A DNA stretch of 64,000 nt, taken from the NCBI GenBank assembly GCA_963667015.2, contig CAXXJJ010000001.1, forward strand, positions 2,560,001 through 2,624,000. Direction: 5' to 3'. The notes under the pieces were generated by a model that saw only the letters and a program-made list of their open reading frames with translations, ran no database searches and was not told the DNA's origin. Position 1 is the stretch's first letter; each line of letters starts with the position of its first letter. This DNA is from Desulfatiglandales bacterium. GTDB taxonomy: Bacteria > Desulfobacterota > DSM-4660 > Desulfatiglandales > HGW-15. Shown here one piece after another: positions 38,501 to 46,930 of the stretch. Both the position numbers and the translations under genes were made by a program.

Positions 38501-39340
38501 TTCATCAGGATGCTGATGAAAAAGACGTATGGCCTGAAATACAGGCACGTTTAAATCTTCAAAAACAAAGGTGTCTTCAGGCTTTGCCAGCAGCCTGCCG
38601 GACATAAGGTTTATAATTGCAGAAAGTCCTGAGGGTACAATATTTGTAGATTCTTTTAAGAATGAAAGCCAGGGGTAGCGATCAGGAAGAGGCAGACTCG
38701 AATCCCGGCCGCTGTCAGAACACACACAAAGAGGAATCATATTATTTGATTCCAGGGTCCTTATGATCATGTCCGCATCCCGATGATTATCCTCTGCGAT
38801 CTGGTTGTAATGGCAGGTTATACCTATCACCGGATCCGGTCTGGTGACACTGTTTTTGCATTTATACCATTCCAGGTAATCCCATATGCATGAAAAAAGG
38901 CCTGTCACATCAGGATGATAAATGCCGTTTGTAAGGACAGGGGAGGGCTCCTTAAATTGAATATCAAAACCTGTACAGGCGGCAAGATACCTTATGCCGT
39001 TTACATAGTTTTCTACCGACACAGCGGCCATATATCGGCTGAATTCCGAAATCTGTCCGGCCGTAAAGGTCGAAAAATCAGGAGGCATTTCCTGCCCCAG
39101 GCCCATACGGTGTTTTGCAATTTTTGAATACTCTATGAGCTCATCATGCAGGGGAAGATCACGGAACAGCCTGCCTATGACTATATCCGCTTCCCTGTTT
39201 TCCATAAAGGATATTGCCCTGTCCGGAGACTGCTGCTGGGAAAACATAGAAAGTTCTATCCCGACCTGTTCCAGTATTTCTGCGGCCCTGGACCAGGAGT
39301 GTACATTAAACATGTGTCCATGAATAAACGCGATCAGCAT
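35549..39340 (-). CDS. CobN/magnesium-chelatase H family large subunit (copy 2, divergent)
   Basis: QPEMSG, QPKRGCYGSKCNGEVC, HFGTHGAMEFLPGK, AKRRG..DHL, LPTGRNFY, RPRIDV, HGYKGA. Confidence 0.9.
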   Translation of the reverse strand: MLIAFIHGHMFNVHSWSRAAEILEQVGIELSMFSQQQSPDRAISFMENREADIVIGRLFRDLPLHDELIEYSKIAKHRMGLGQEMPPDFSTFTAGQISEFSRYMAAVSVENYVNGIRYLAACTGFDIQFKEPSPVLTNGIYHPDVTGLFSCIWDYLEWYKCKNSVTRPDPVIGITCHYNQIAEDNHRDADMIIRTLESNNMIPLCVCSDSGRDSSLPLPDRYPWLSFLKESTNIVPSGLSAIINLMSGRLLAKPEDTFVFEDLNVPVFQAIRLFHQHPDEWAGDNSDLVSGSSAMIYGLAQPEMSGVIEPTMVAGTVMEPDPGSGVSSRRYLPVKERIEHLCRRVKGWHRLRTLPNNKKQVTIILHNNPCKAVEATLGVAAGLDTFESLSRLINSMRYAGYDVGEAPQSGKAILDMFMDRKAVSEFRWTTVDEIVEKGGDIYRMNGEEYSEFFDSIPQKAQNRVLQDWGEFPGEGMVFNKKGEPELLVTGLCFGNLKIMLQPKRGCYGSKCNGEVCRILHDPELSPPHHWFASYYYIRKTSDAVIHFGTHGAMEFLPGKRAALSDACFPEITLGDLPNIYLYIMDVSGDGMVAKRRGRAVLVDHLTPVYRPAVMDDKLVELERLVKEYHSALDNNEKSRMNIIQQKMLELMKSKNLVDQEYDGTDFYEEVGMLSRRIARIRRALAPSGMHTLGTFPDSEGIATMIATMLIKQADGLPSLDEIAALANFENNDSFDTARDIIRRIIDTDYDPSVSELPAEFRDWCLATGNKIKMSDREIPQLLRALNGEYIEPGLSGSLVLGKTEALPTGRNFYSTDVRSLPTKSAYEAGCTLADNLLVKYIKEEDRFPESVGISLWSIDAFKSDGEVFCQILHLMGMRPKWNSSGQATGVEAIPLSELYLSVGDKSFSPRPRIDVVIQTSGILRDMVPHFADFLDEAAVMASTLEESHELNFIRKHTDERFAEIKAELGNTLSIKQMSRMASFRVFSSPPGTYGIGVGLALDASAWEDEKDLAETYINWGGYAYGSDRSGDFERISGQAAHDLYARNLKCIDVTYMRQYSPEYDLVDVGGYAGYLGGMSVAIKAVGGKSVKQYWADNNAENDLSVRNLKEELETSVISRLLNKNWIEDMKEHGYKGASGVSGRVNNLFKWSATTQKVDKWVFDEIVETYISNLENLEWLRAENPYALEELTRRLIEAESRGLWEADQDMMLQVRDAALMIEGDMEEMIGEVTQEFQGSKVDVMTAKDVDKWQPKWNLKSELQL

Positions 39341-39377
39341 TGACCGTTTCCCAAAAGAGTTTTGAGCGGGAGTTTTT

Positions 39378-41165
39378 TCATATTTTCCAGTTCAGTCCGA
39401 TAATCCAGCAGCGTGAAGGCGCAAGGAGTCCGTCGGCATAATAAAAGGTTTTGTCAAAAAGGTTTTCAATTTCACCGAACAGGCTGAATCGCTTAAAGGC
39501 ATATTCTGCCCTGAAATCAGCGATTGTATATTCAGGGACAGTCGTTGTATTGCTTTTATTCCTATAAACCTTGGAACAATACTTTCCTGAAAGGACGATC
39601 GAAAGCGGTCCGTAAGGTTTCCAGTAAATATTTGTTGTTGCATTATGCCTTGCCTTGGATGTCAGCCATAAACCTGTCTCATCATCCTTTGCTTCAAGGT
39701 AGGTATAGCTGTTTTTTACCTTTAATGTATCATGGGGCTGCCATGAAACTGCAAGATCTCCCCCTGTATATGTGACAAGACCGACATTCTGGTACTGGCT
39801 TATACCGTCATCACCCATCATATAGGTAATGCGGTCGCTTAAACGATTATAAAAAACTGAAAAGTTAAAGGAGAAAATGTCTGCCGGTTCAATAAAAAAA
39901 GCAAGGCTGTAGTTGTCAGATGTCTCCATATCCAGATCGGGATTAGGTGCCTTAGAGCTGGTCTCATCAAATCTCTGATAAAAAGAGGGCGTATTATTAA
40001 CTCTTCCATAGGCCAGTGTTAATCGACATTTATCCTTCTTATAGGTGGTCTTTATTTCAGGGTTATAGGCATTATCAAATGCAGAGTTTTTATTCGCCCG
40101 TATCCCAAGGCTTAACGAGAAGGGATTTTCGGGCCAGTTAATAGACTGTGCTGCAAATACCGAAAAGGTCTCTTCCTGCTGATCTGTAAAATTTGTGCCT
40201 GAGGCCTCACCAAGAATAAATCCGGTTCCCAGAGTCAATTCTCCAAGGTTTCCGGTAGTGAATGACCCTGCCAGGTCTTCTTCCCATTCGGTTACATGCA
40301 GATCCTGGTCAATCTCCCTGGTTATATCAGTATTGTGTTTACGCCCTTTATTAAAGGAAGTTGTACTTGCAAATTTGTTGTAATTTATACGCATTGAAAG
40401 ATTTGTGTTGCTGGAATCAATCCGTGCAAATGGAGTAGGGTAGGACGGGAGTCCACTCGATCCCTTGTCATCCTTAAGATAATCGCCTGTAAAAGATAAC
40501 GATTTTTGATCATCAAATGTATAGGCCAGCTTAATGCCTCCCTGGTAGCGTTCTTTATCATTGTTGACCTTATACCCGTCAGTTGTTTCAGTCCCGCCTG
40601 TAATGCCGGCAGTCATTTTTCCTGAAACCATCTGCATGTTGACATATCCATACCCGGTTTTATTGTTTCCGCCATAGGCCTTTATATTGCCTGAGAGCCG
40701 TTTAGCCCGTTTTGTCGTAATAATTATCACCCCACCTGATGCATCCTGTCCGTACCTTAATCCGCCCTTGCCGCGCAGTATCTCTATATGCTCCACTTCC
40801 AGGGGTGAGACCAGATCCCAGTTGACTCCTCCATGGCTGGAAGTAGGATCATTAATTGGGCGTCCGTCTACCAGTACCTTTACTTTATTAGAGCCGTGGA
40901 TGCTGACAGAACTGCTTCCAGCTGTAACACCCGGTACATTGTTAAGTACATCGGCCATATCATGAGCATTAAGTGCCTTAATATCCTCGGCAGTTATTAC
41001 AATCGTATCGCTGTTTTCATCGGCTTTAACTGCTTGGGGGAAAATAATGCAGCATCCAGTAATCAGAAACATAAACAAATATACATGCAACCGGAGTCTG
41101 TGAGCAGATTTTTCTTCCCCTTGAATTGTTGCCATAGTTGTCCTTCCACTGTTTTTAGTTATCAT
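39378..41165 (-). CDS. TonB-dependent receptor
   Basis: Plug LNNVPGV..VLVDGRPIN..VEHIEILRG..YG..GGVIIITTK; C-terminal beta strand ending WKI; start uncertain. Confidence 0.88.
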   Translation of the reverse strand: MITKNSGRTTMATIQGEEKSAHRLRLHVYLFMFLITGCCIIFPQAVKADENSDTIVITAEDIKALNAHDMADVLNNVPGVTAGSSSVSIHGSNKVKVLVDGRPINDPTSSHGGVNWDLVSPLEVEHIEILRGKGGLRYGQDASGGVIIITTKRAKRLSGNIKAYGGNNKTGYGYVNMQMVSGKMTAGITGGTETTDGYKVNNDKERYQGGIKLAYTFDDQKSLSFTGDYLKDDKGSSGLPSYPTPFARIDSSNTNLSMRINYNKFASTTSFNKGRKHNTDITREIDQDLHVTEWEEDLAGSFTTGNLGELTLGTGFILGEASGTNFTDQQEETFSVFAAQSINWPENPFSLSLGIRANKNSAFDNAYNPEIKTTYKKDKCRLTLAYGRVNNTPSFYQRFDETSSKAPNPDLDMETSDNYSLAFFIEPADIFSFNFSVFYNRLSDRITYMMGDDGISQYQNVGLVTYTGGDLAVSWQPHDTLKVKNSYTYLEAKDDETGLWLTSKARHNATTNIYWKPYGPLSIVLSGKYCSKVYRNKSNTTTVPEYTIADFRAEYAFKRFSLFGEIENLFDKTFYYADGLLAPSRCWIIGLNWKI

Positions 41166-41341
41166 ATCTATTTCCCATCTGGCGTTTACAGCTCCGCCCG
41201 GTGGATTCCATAACCTCTGTTGTTATTACTATCCAGCACCAAATAAAAAACCCGAATCTATATACAGCTATAGATCCGGGTATCCCTTTTCTTACACAAG
41301 ATCATTTGATATTCCCTTGTCCGCGAGGAATATCTCTTTAA

Positions 41342-41510
41342 TATTCAGGCAGGTCTTCTGACTTATGGATCATCCTACTTGCCGAGTCTTCCCATTCCGA
41401 TTAATCGGAACAGTGACATGTTTCGGTTTTCGTCCCCAATTACAGCGGCGGGTCCGTCCCCGACTCTAACGGGGTTCCCTTTTAAGCTTTGCTCTAAAAC
41501 ACCTGAACAG
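41342..41510 (-). promoter_or_regulatory. Cobalamin riboswitch, tandem unit 3 (gene-proximal)
   Basis: Full aptamer consensus on the reverse strand; terminator ~41244-41281. Confidence 0.93.
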
Positions 41511-41641
41511 ATTGATTTAAAATTTAAAAATATTAATCTATAAAATAAAAAACCCGGAATGATAAGAAATCGATCCGGGTATCCCTTTTTTTTACACAAG
41601 ATCATTTGATATTCCCTTGTCCGCGAGGAATATCCCTTTAT

Positions 41642-41810
41642 TATTCAGGCAGGTCTTCTGACTTATGGATCATCCTACTAACCGAGTCTTCCCATTCCGA
41701 TTAATCGGAACAGTGACATGTTTCGGTTTTCGTCCCCAATTACAGCGGCGGGTCCGTCCCCGACTCTAACGGGGTTCCCTTTTAAGCTTTGCTCTAAAAC
41801 ACCTGAACAG
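41642..41810 (-). promoter_or_regulatory. Cobalamin riboswitch, tandem unit 2
   Basis: Near-identical to 41342..41510; terminator ~41546-41580. Confidence 0.93.
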
Positions 41811-41941
41811 ATTGATTTAAAATTTAAAAATATTAATCTATAAAATAAAAAACCCGGAATGATAAGAAATCGATCCGGGTATCCCTTTTTTTTACACAAG
41901 ATCACTTGATATTCCCTTGTCCACGAGGAATATGCTTTTAT

Positions 41942-42110
41942 CATTCAGGCAGGTCTTCTGACTTATGGATCATCCTACTAACCGAGTCTTCCCATTCCGG
42001 TTAATCGGAACAGTGACATATTTCGGCTTTCGTCCCCAATCACAGCGGCGGGCCCGTCCCCGAATTAAACGGGGTTCCCTTTTAGCTCTTTTTATGAGCA
42101 CCTGAACTGT
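41942..42110 (-). promoter_or_regulatory. Cobalamin riboswitch, tandem unit 1 (promoter-proximal)
   Basis: Full aptamer consensus; terminator ~41846-41880; TTGACA at 42151-42146. Confidence 0.93.
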
Positions 42111-42182
42111 TTTTAGTTACTGTAAATTAATAGATAAATAAAAAATGTCAAGATATATTCTACGATGAGTAGAATAATTTAT

Positions 42183-42440
42183 TTATATCATAACAATATT
42201 TCTTTTCTTGTCACCAGGTCCGGTCGTCCTTTCAGGCTGGCGTATATGGCTCTTTTTAAAAAAAATGGTTTTGCCGGTTGCTGATACAGGAGCGCTGTCT
42301 TTTGTTTCAACTGTTATGGTTTTGCAGCTTGTTTCAGCCTCTATAGCCTGCTGACTAGCCATATCAATCAGCTTTTGTCTTGCAAAACGGTCTGCTGCAT
42401 CGAGTTCCCTGAATTTGTGAGTTCCGGAAATACCTTGCAC
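42183..42440 (-). pseudogene. Gene remnant resembling the C-terminus of hydantoinase/oxoprolinase-family proteins
   Basis: ..F.ELDAADRFA..L...A...A..TS..T.TV.T.D..P....G..IF pattern recalled from that family; no upstream body. Confidence 0.35.
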
Positions 42441-42522
42441 AATAAATCCGCTATACTTTAAAATACTGTCCTATAAATTTATATTGAATTAGAACTTTAA
42501 TTATTTTATATACATAAAATGA

Positions 42523-42636
42523 AATAGAGGAAGCTGGGTGAAATTCCCGCACTGGCCCGCAACTGTGATTCTGATGCAACTAATATCAGATAAGTCAGAT
42601 ACTCATATAAATGAAAATCCCCGGGGACCGGGATAG
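42523..42636 (+). promoter_or_regulatory. Compact cobalamin riboswitch (class II / AdoCbl-variant-like)
   Basis: GAGGAAGCTGGGTGAAATTCCCGCACTGGCCCGCAACTGTGA-short hairpin-TAAGTCAGATACTC, then hairpin with CGGGGACC loop able to pair with GGCCCG. Confidence 0.8.
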
Positions 42637-42678
42637 TTTATAGTATATTGATTTTATAAAGTATAATTGATGCTATAA

Positions 42679-42710
42679 AAAAAGGACACGCCCGGGGCGT
42701 GTCCTTTTTA
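42679..42710 (+). terminator. Intrinsic terminator of compact riboswitch
   Basis: AAAAAGGACACGCC-CGG-GGCGTGTCCTTTTT. Confidence 0.8.
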
Positions 42711-42846
42711 TTGTTTGCGCTTAAGCGTGAAAAAACCACCTGCTCTGCAGGTGATAAGCATGTCTTTAGCTATAAGCAAAGAACCTCCAATGCTATATCA
42801 GAAGTAGGATTGCCAACCACATCCAAAAAGCAAAGGAGGTAGTCCA

Positions 42847-43491
42847 TTGGACAAAAATAAAGAAATCGCTTGAATTGGACTATCCCCGGCCAGAGGCCGG
42901 GGTATTACGCCCAATTCATGGCTTCGCCACCGCGATTTCAAAAACATTTTAAGGCAGAGCCTAATGACTCTGACCCCGCCCAAAGGACGGGGTTTTCTAT
43001 GATTAAATAAATTATCACACACGGCTTGGGAATGTAAATATCATATAGTTTTCGCCCCCAAGTATAGAAGGAAAGTTATATATGGAAGTATCCGGGAGGA
43101 TATAGGCAAGATACTGAGAGAACTATGTGACAGGAAAGAAGTAGGAATAATAGAAGCAGAATGTTGTCCTGATCATGTGCATATGTTTGTTCGCATTCCA
43201 CCGAAATATAGTGTTTCCTCGATAATGGGATATCTGAAAGGTAAAAGTTCGCTGATGATATTCGATAGGCACGCAAACCTGAAGTATAAGTATGGAAATC
43301 GCCATTTTTGGTGCAGAGGCTATTATGTTGATACAGTAGGAAAAAATGCAAAAAGAATAGCCGAATATGTAAAGAATCAGTTACAGGAAGATATTACGAC
43401 AGACCAATTAGCGTTAAAAGAATATGTGGACACGTTTACGGGTGAGCCAGTAAATGTAGGCAAGAAATCAAAAAAGCCCCTTAAGGGGTAG
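42847..43491 (+). pseudogene. tnpA: IS200 TnpA transposase interrupted by a 150-bp insertion
   Basis: RBS AAGGAGG, TTG at 42847; removing 42862-43011 gives MDKNKLSHTAWECKYHIVFAPKYRR..DHVHM..KGKSS..FWCRGYYVDTVG. Confidence 0.85.
42862..43011. mobile_element. 150-bp palindromic non-autonomous element nested in tnpA
   Basis: Flanked by AAATAAA direct repeat (42855-42861, 43005-43011); nested stems and two CCCCG..CGGGG hairpins. Confidence 0.7.
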
Positions 43492-43632
43492 CCTGAGAAC
43501 ATGATGCGGTTGGCAAACCGTTCAGTGTGCCCTCAGGCACAAGCTGGTATCCACCCCTTATAGGGGGAGTGCAGACCACCCGCTGAGCGGGTGGTTCTGA
43601 TTTTTGAAGGTAATTTAAAGAAAGGAGCTAAA

Positions 43633-44543
43633 ATGATTAGAACAAACCGGACTATTCTCACACTCCTGCTGGCATTGGCGCTTATTTTCACTGCAAACGG
43701 GTTGATGGCATCTGAAAAATCCGGGCTGAACCCACAACGTATCATCTCCATGTCGCCTGCCACCACCGAAATTCTTTTTGCCCTGGGGCAAGGTAGTAAG
43801 GTTGTCGGGGTGACGCGCTACGGCGATTACCCCGAAGCGGCCACCACCATTGCCAGGGTGGGCGGATTTATGGACCCCAATTACGAAGAGATTGTCGCGC
43901 TCAAGCCGGACCTGGTCATCCTGCTGACCTCTCATCGTGACGTCAAGGATGAGCTGGAGAAGATGCACATCCGGACCCTGGCGACGCCCCACGAAACAAT
44001 TGCGGATATCCACCAGGCGATCCCCGGCTCATCGGAAATGCCTGCATGGCCGACCAAAGGGCAACGGCCATGCTGAGCCGGTTCGCCGCCAGGACCAAGG
44101 CGATCGGGCAGGCAGTTGAGAACAAACCCCGGCCACGGGTACTGATCTGCATCGGCCGTGACACCGAGTCAGACCAGCTTGCCGGCATGTACATGGCCGG
44201 GTGCAACAATTTTTACGACGAGATCATCCGGGCTGCCGGCGGGGTCAATGCCTGCACGGACACATCTGTTGCCTACCCCCAGGTATCGGCCGAAGGTGTC
44301 ATTCAACTAAATCCCGATGTTATCATCGATCTTGCCGGCCAACTCAAACCCGGCAGCAAGACAGCGGCAGAAATAGCCGGCCAGTGGGACCGGTTGCGGA
44401 CCGTAAGTGCAGTGCGCGAGAGCCGGGTTTATGTGATTGTCAGCAACCACGCCATGCGGCCCGGCCCGCGATACATCCGGTTTCAAGAAGAGCTGGCCCG
44501 TTTGCTTCATCCCGAAGCATTCCCAAAAAGGCCTGTCGTATGA
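43633..44543 (+). pseudogene. btuF: BtuF-like cobalamin-binding periplasmic protein, frameshifted near 44022
   Basis: RIISMSPATTEILFALG..VGVTRY.DYP..PNYEEIVALKPDLV in one frame; VS.EGVIQLNPDVII..AVRE.RVY..RPGPR in another; junction at ATCCCCGG. Confidence 0.8.
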
Positions 44544-45334
44544 GTGAAGCGGCCCTGGAAATCGAATCGCTTTGCTTTTCCATAAGAGACACTGCAATTC
44601 TTCGCGATGTCTCAACCTGCATCAGGACCGGCGAAACATGGTCGGTCATCGGCGCCAACGGTGCAGGCAAATCGACTCTTCTCAAGTGCCTGATGCGTAT
44701 CCATACGGGCTGGCAGGGCCAGGTGCGTCTTTTTGGCCGTTTGCTAAAGTCCTATTCCCAGCGTGAGCTGGCCCGCCACATGGCCTATGTGCCCCAGGCC
44801 GGAGGCGACCAGCTTTTCCCATATACCGTGCGCGAATTCGTCCGCATGGGGCGCTATGCTTACTCCGGCCCATTTGGTTCAGCCCATCCGGACGACCAAT
44901 CCGCCATTGAAGAGGCCCTGGTTCGAACGGATATCAAGTCCTTTGCCGACCGAACCCTTGAAACCTTGAGCGGAGGCGAACGCCAGAAAGTATTTATTGC
45001 GGCGGCTTTGGCCCAGGGGGCGGATATCCTGCTGCTGGACGAGCCCACCGCCTTTCTGGACTATCGGCACCAGGCCGAGGTCTGCGCTATCCTGCGCGCT
45101 ATCAACAGTGAATCGGACGCCACCATCATGACCGTCACCCACGATGTAAACGCGGCAATTATGACCGGGGGCCATGCCGTGGCCCTGCGCAGGGGCCGGG
45201 TGGCCTGGTGCGGTCCGGTGCATGACCTGGTCAGTAAAGAGCGTCTGGGCCGGATATTCGGCGCAGACTTCCGCTTTATGGATGATCCTGTCACGGGTCT
45301 GCGATTCGTAGCGCCCCAGGGAGCCGGGGTATGA
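44540..45334 (+). CDS. ABC transporter ATP-binding subunit (BtuD-like)
   Basis: Start MSEAALEIE at 44540 overlapping the upstream stop; GANGAGKST, LSGGERQK, LLLDEPT. Confidence 0.92.
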   Translation: MSEAALEIESLCFSIRDTAILRDVSTCIRTGETWSVIGANGAGKSTLLKCLMRIHTGWQGQVRLFGRLLKSYSQRELARHMAYVPQAGGDQLFPYTVREFVRMGRYAYSGPFGSAHPDDQSAIEEALVRTDIKSFADRTLETLSGGERQKVFIAAALAQGADILLLDEPTAFLDYRHQAEVCAILRAINSESDATIMTVTHDVNAAIMTGGHAVALRRGRVAWCGPVHDLVSKERLGRIFGADFRFMDDPVTGLRFVAPQGAGV

Positions 45335-46329
45335 AAAAGTTTAATCACCTGCCCTTTTTTCTCGTTGTTTCCTTCACGGTCCTGTTATGTGCGCCGCTTG
45401 TGGGCGGGCGCGCAATTCCTTTAAATGCCATTTTGCATCCCGGACCTGACATACCCGGGTCCATGATTTTTTGGGAAATTCGTTTGCCCAGGGCCTGCCT
45501 GGCCTGGATGGCCGGGGCCGGACTTGCCGCAGCGGGCATGACTTTCCAGGCCCTGTTTCGCAACGCCCTGGCAACTCCCTTTACCCTGGGCGTTTCCAGC
45601 GGTGCCTCTCTGGGCGCTGCCATCGGCATGCGGCTCGGTTTGGGCGCCACATTTCTGGGTTTTAGCGGGGTTACCACCGGTGCCATGCTGGGCGCACTTA
45701 CGGCCATTGGCATTGTCTACGCCTTGTCGCGCTTCAAGCGCGATTTTACCACCGGCGCCATGCTGCTGGCAGGTGTGGCCGTAAACTTCTTTTTTTCCAG
45801 CCTTATTCTGCTGATCCAGTATACTGCCGATTTTTACGACACCTTCCGCATCCTTCGCTGGCTTATGGGGGGGCTACAAATGGTGGGCTTTGACGCTTCT
45901 CTTCGGATTCTGCCTTTTCTGCTGGCAGGCGCCATCATACTGGCGGCGCGGGTGGGTGAGCTCAACGTACTCACCACAGGAGAGGAACTTGCCGCCAGCC
46001 GCGGGGTCCCGGTGGGGCGGGTCAAGACGACCCTCTTTCTTTCGGTTTCTGTCATGGTGGGCGTCATTGTTTCGATCTGCGGCCCGGTGGGATTTGTCGG
46101 GCTGATGTGCCCCCATATCTGCCGCCTGATAGTGGGTGCGGACCACCGCCGACTGTTTCCTGCCGCCCTGCTCAGCGGGGGTGCCTTTCTGACGGCCTGC
46201 GACACAGTGGCCCGCACGGTCTTCGCACCCACCGAACTTCCGGTCGGCATCTTCACAGCCTTTCTCGGAGGCCCGTTTTTTCTCTGGCTGCTTGTGCGAT
46301 CACACAGGCGCGGTGATCCGGCAGTATAA
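45331..46329 (+). CDS. BtuC/FecCD-family permease
   Basis: EIRLPR, FRNALATPFTLGVSSGA, GFVGLMCPH, ELPVG..GGPFF. Confidence 0.93.
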   Translation: MKKFNHLPFFLVVSFTVLLCAPLVGGRAIPLNAILHPGPDIPGSMIFWEIRLPRACLAWMAGAGLAAAGMTFQALFRNALATPFTLGVSSGASLGAAIGMRLGLGATFLGFSGVTTGAMLGALTAIGIVYALSRFKRDFTTGAMLLAGVAVNFFFSSLILLIQYTADFYDTFRILRWLMGGLQMVGFDASLRILPFLLAGAIILAARVGELNVLTTGEELAASRGVPVGRVKTTLFLSVSVMVGVIVSICGPVGFVGLMCPHICRLIVGADHRRLFPAALLSGGAFLTACDTVARTVFAPTELPVGIFTAFLGGPFFLWLLVRSHRRGDPAV

Positions 46330-46798
46330 CCCCGCCCGAATAATAAGACGGGCGGTTTATAATTTTAGATATTTGCCAACATCGATTGCTTCTGAGCCTC
46401 ACTCAACTTCGATCTGTCAAGAGAGTAGCCCTGTCTGATTTAATTTGGTGGTTAAAAGCCATTTTGTTGCTGTTTGGCGACCATGTTATTTTGATAACTA
46501 TTTATTATTACAAGACAATATTGATTTTAATTTACCATTTGGCGGATTTGCTGATATTGGCATTTCCGCCAACAGGTATTTTATTGCCCTGATTTTGCTT
46601 TTTAAACTCTATTTTAGCGACAACAGGACTTTGGTAACTGCCTATTATTACTAATGAACTTGGATTTAGATTTTCTATTTAGCGAATTTGGCAGTACCGC
46701 CATTTCCGCTGAATAGCATTGGTTATGATTTCTGATCTACTTCTTTTCTGCTTTTAACAAAAGGAATCACAATCATTATATCAGGTTTGCCGTAAATA

Positions 46799-46830
46799 AA
46801 TCGGGAAAGGAGGAATTCCCTTTCCCGATT
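46799..46830 (-). terminator. Hairpin terminator after 46931..47797
   Basis: AATCGGGAAAGG / CCTTTCCCGATT stem, T-rich on the minus strand. Confidence 0.6.
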
Positions 46831-46930
46831 GCGGTATTAATTATATTATAGTTTTCAGTCAGGGAGGCTGTTATTTAATATAAGTTGTCAAAAAGGTTAA
46901 GCCTGCTCCAGTCAATGAACCTGATTAGGG

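Larger units (their letters stand above)
41279..42110. repeat. Three direct repeats with 300-bp period (riboswitch plus expression platform units)
   Basis: Lines 41281/41581/41881 onward align at exactly 300-bp offsets with few substitutions. Confidence 0.93.
42725..43602 (+). mobile_element. IS200/IS605-family element (tnpA only)
   Basis: Subterminal hairpins CACCTGC-TCT-GCAGGTG (~42737-42753) and ACCACCCGCT-G-AGCGGGTGGT (43575-43595) flanking a Y1 transposase; ends approximate. Confidence 0.85.

Noticed and set aside
41279..42110. CRISPR array or coding repeats (ORFs 41375..41605, 41678..41944)
   Set aside because: Repeats are 300-bp units without unique spacers and are fully explained by riboswitch aptamers plus terminators; the ORFs are incidental
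44201..44539. N-terminal extension of the ABC ATPase in the ORF track
   Set aside because: Overlaps the btuF C-terminal half in another frame; ATPase homology starts at ATG 44540
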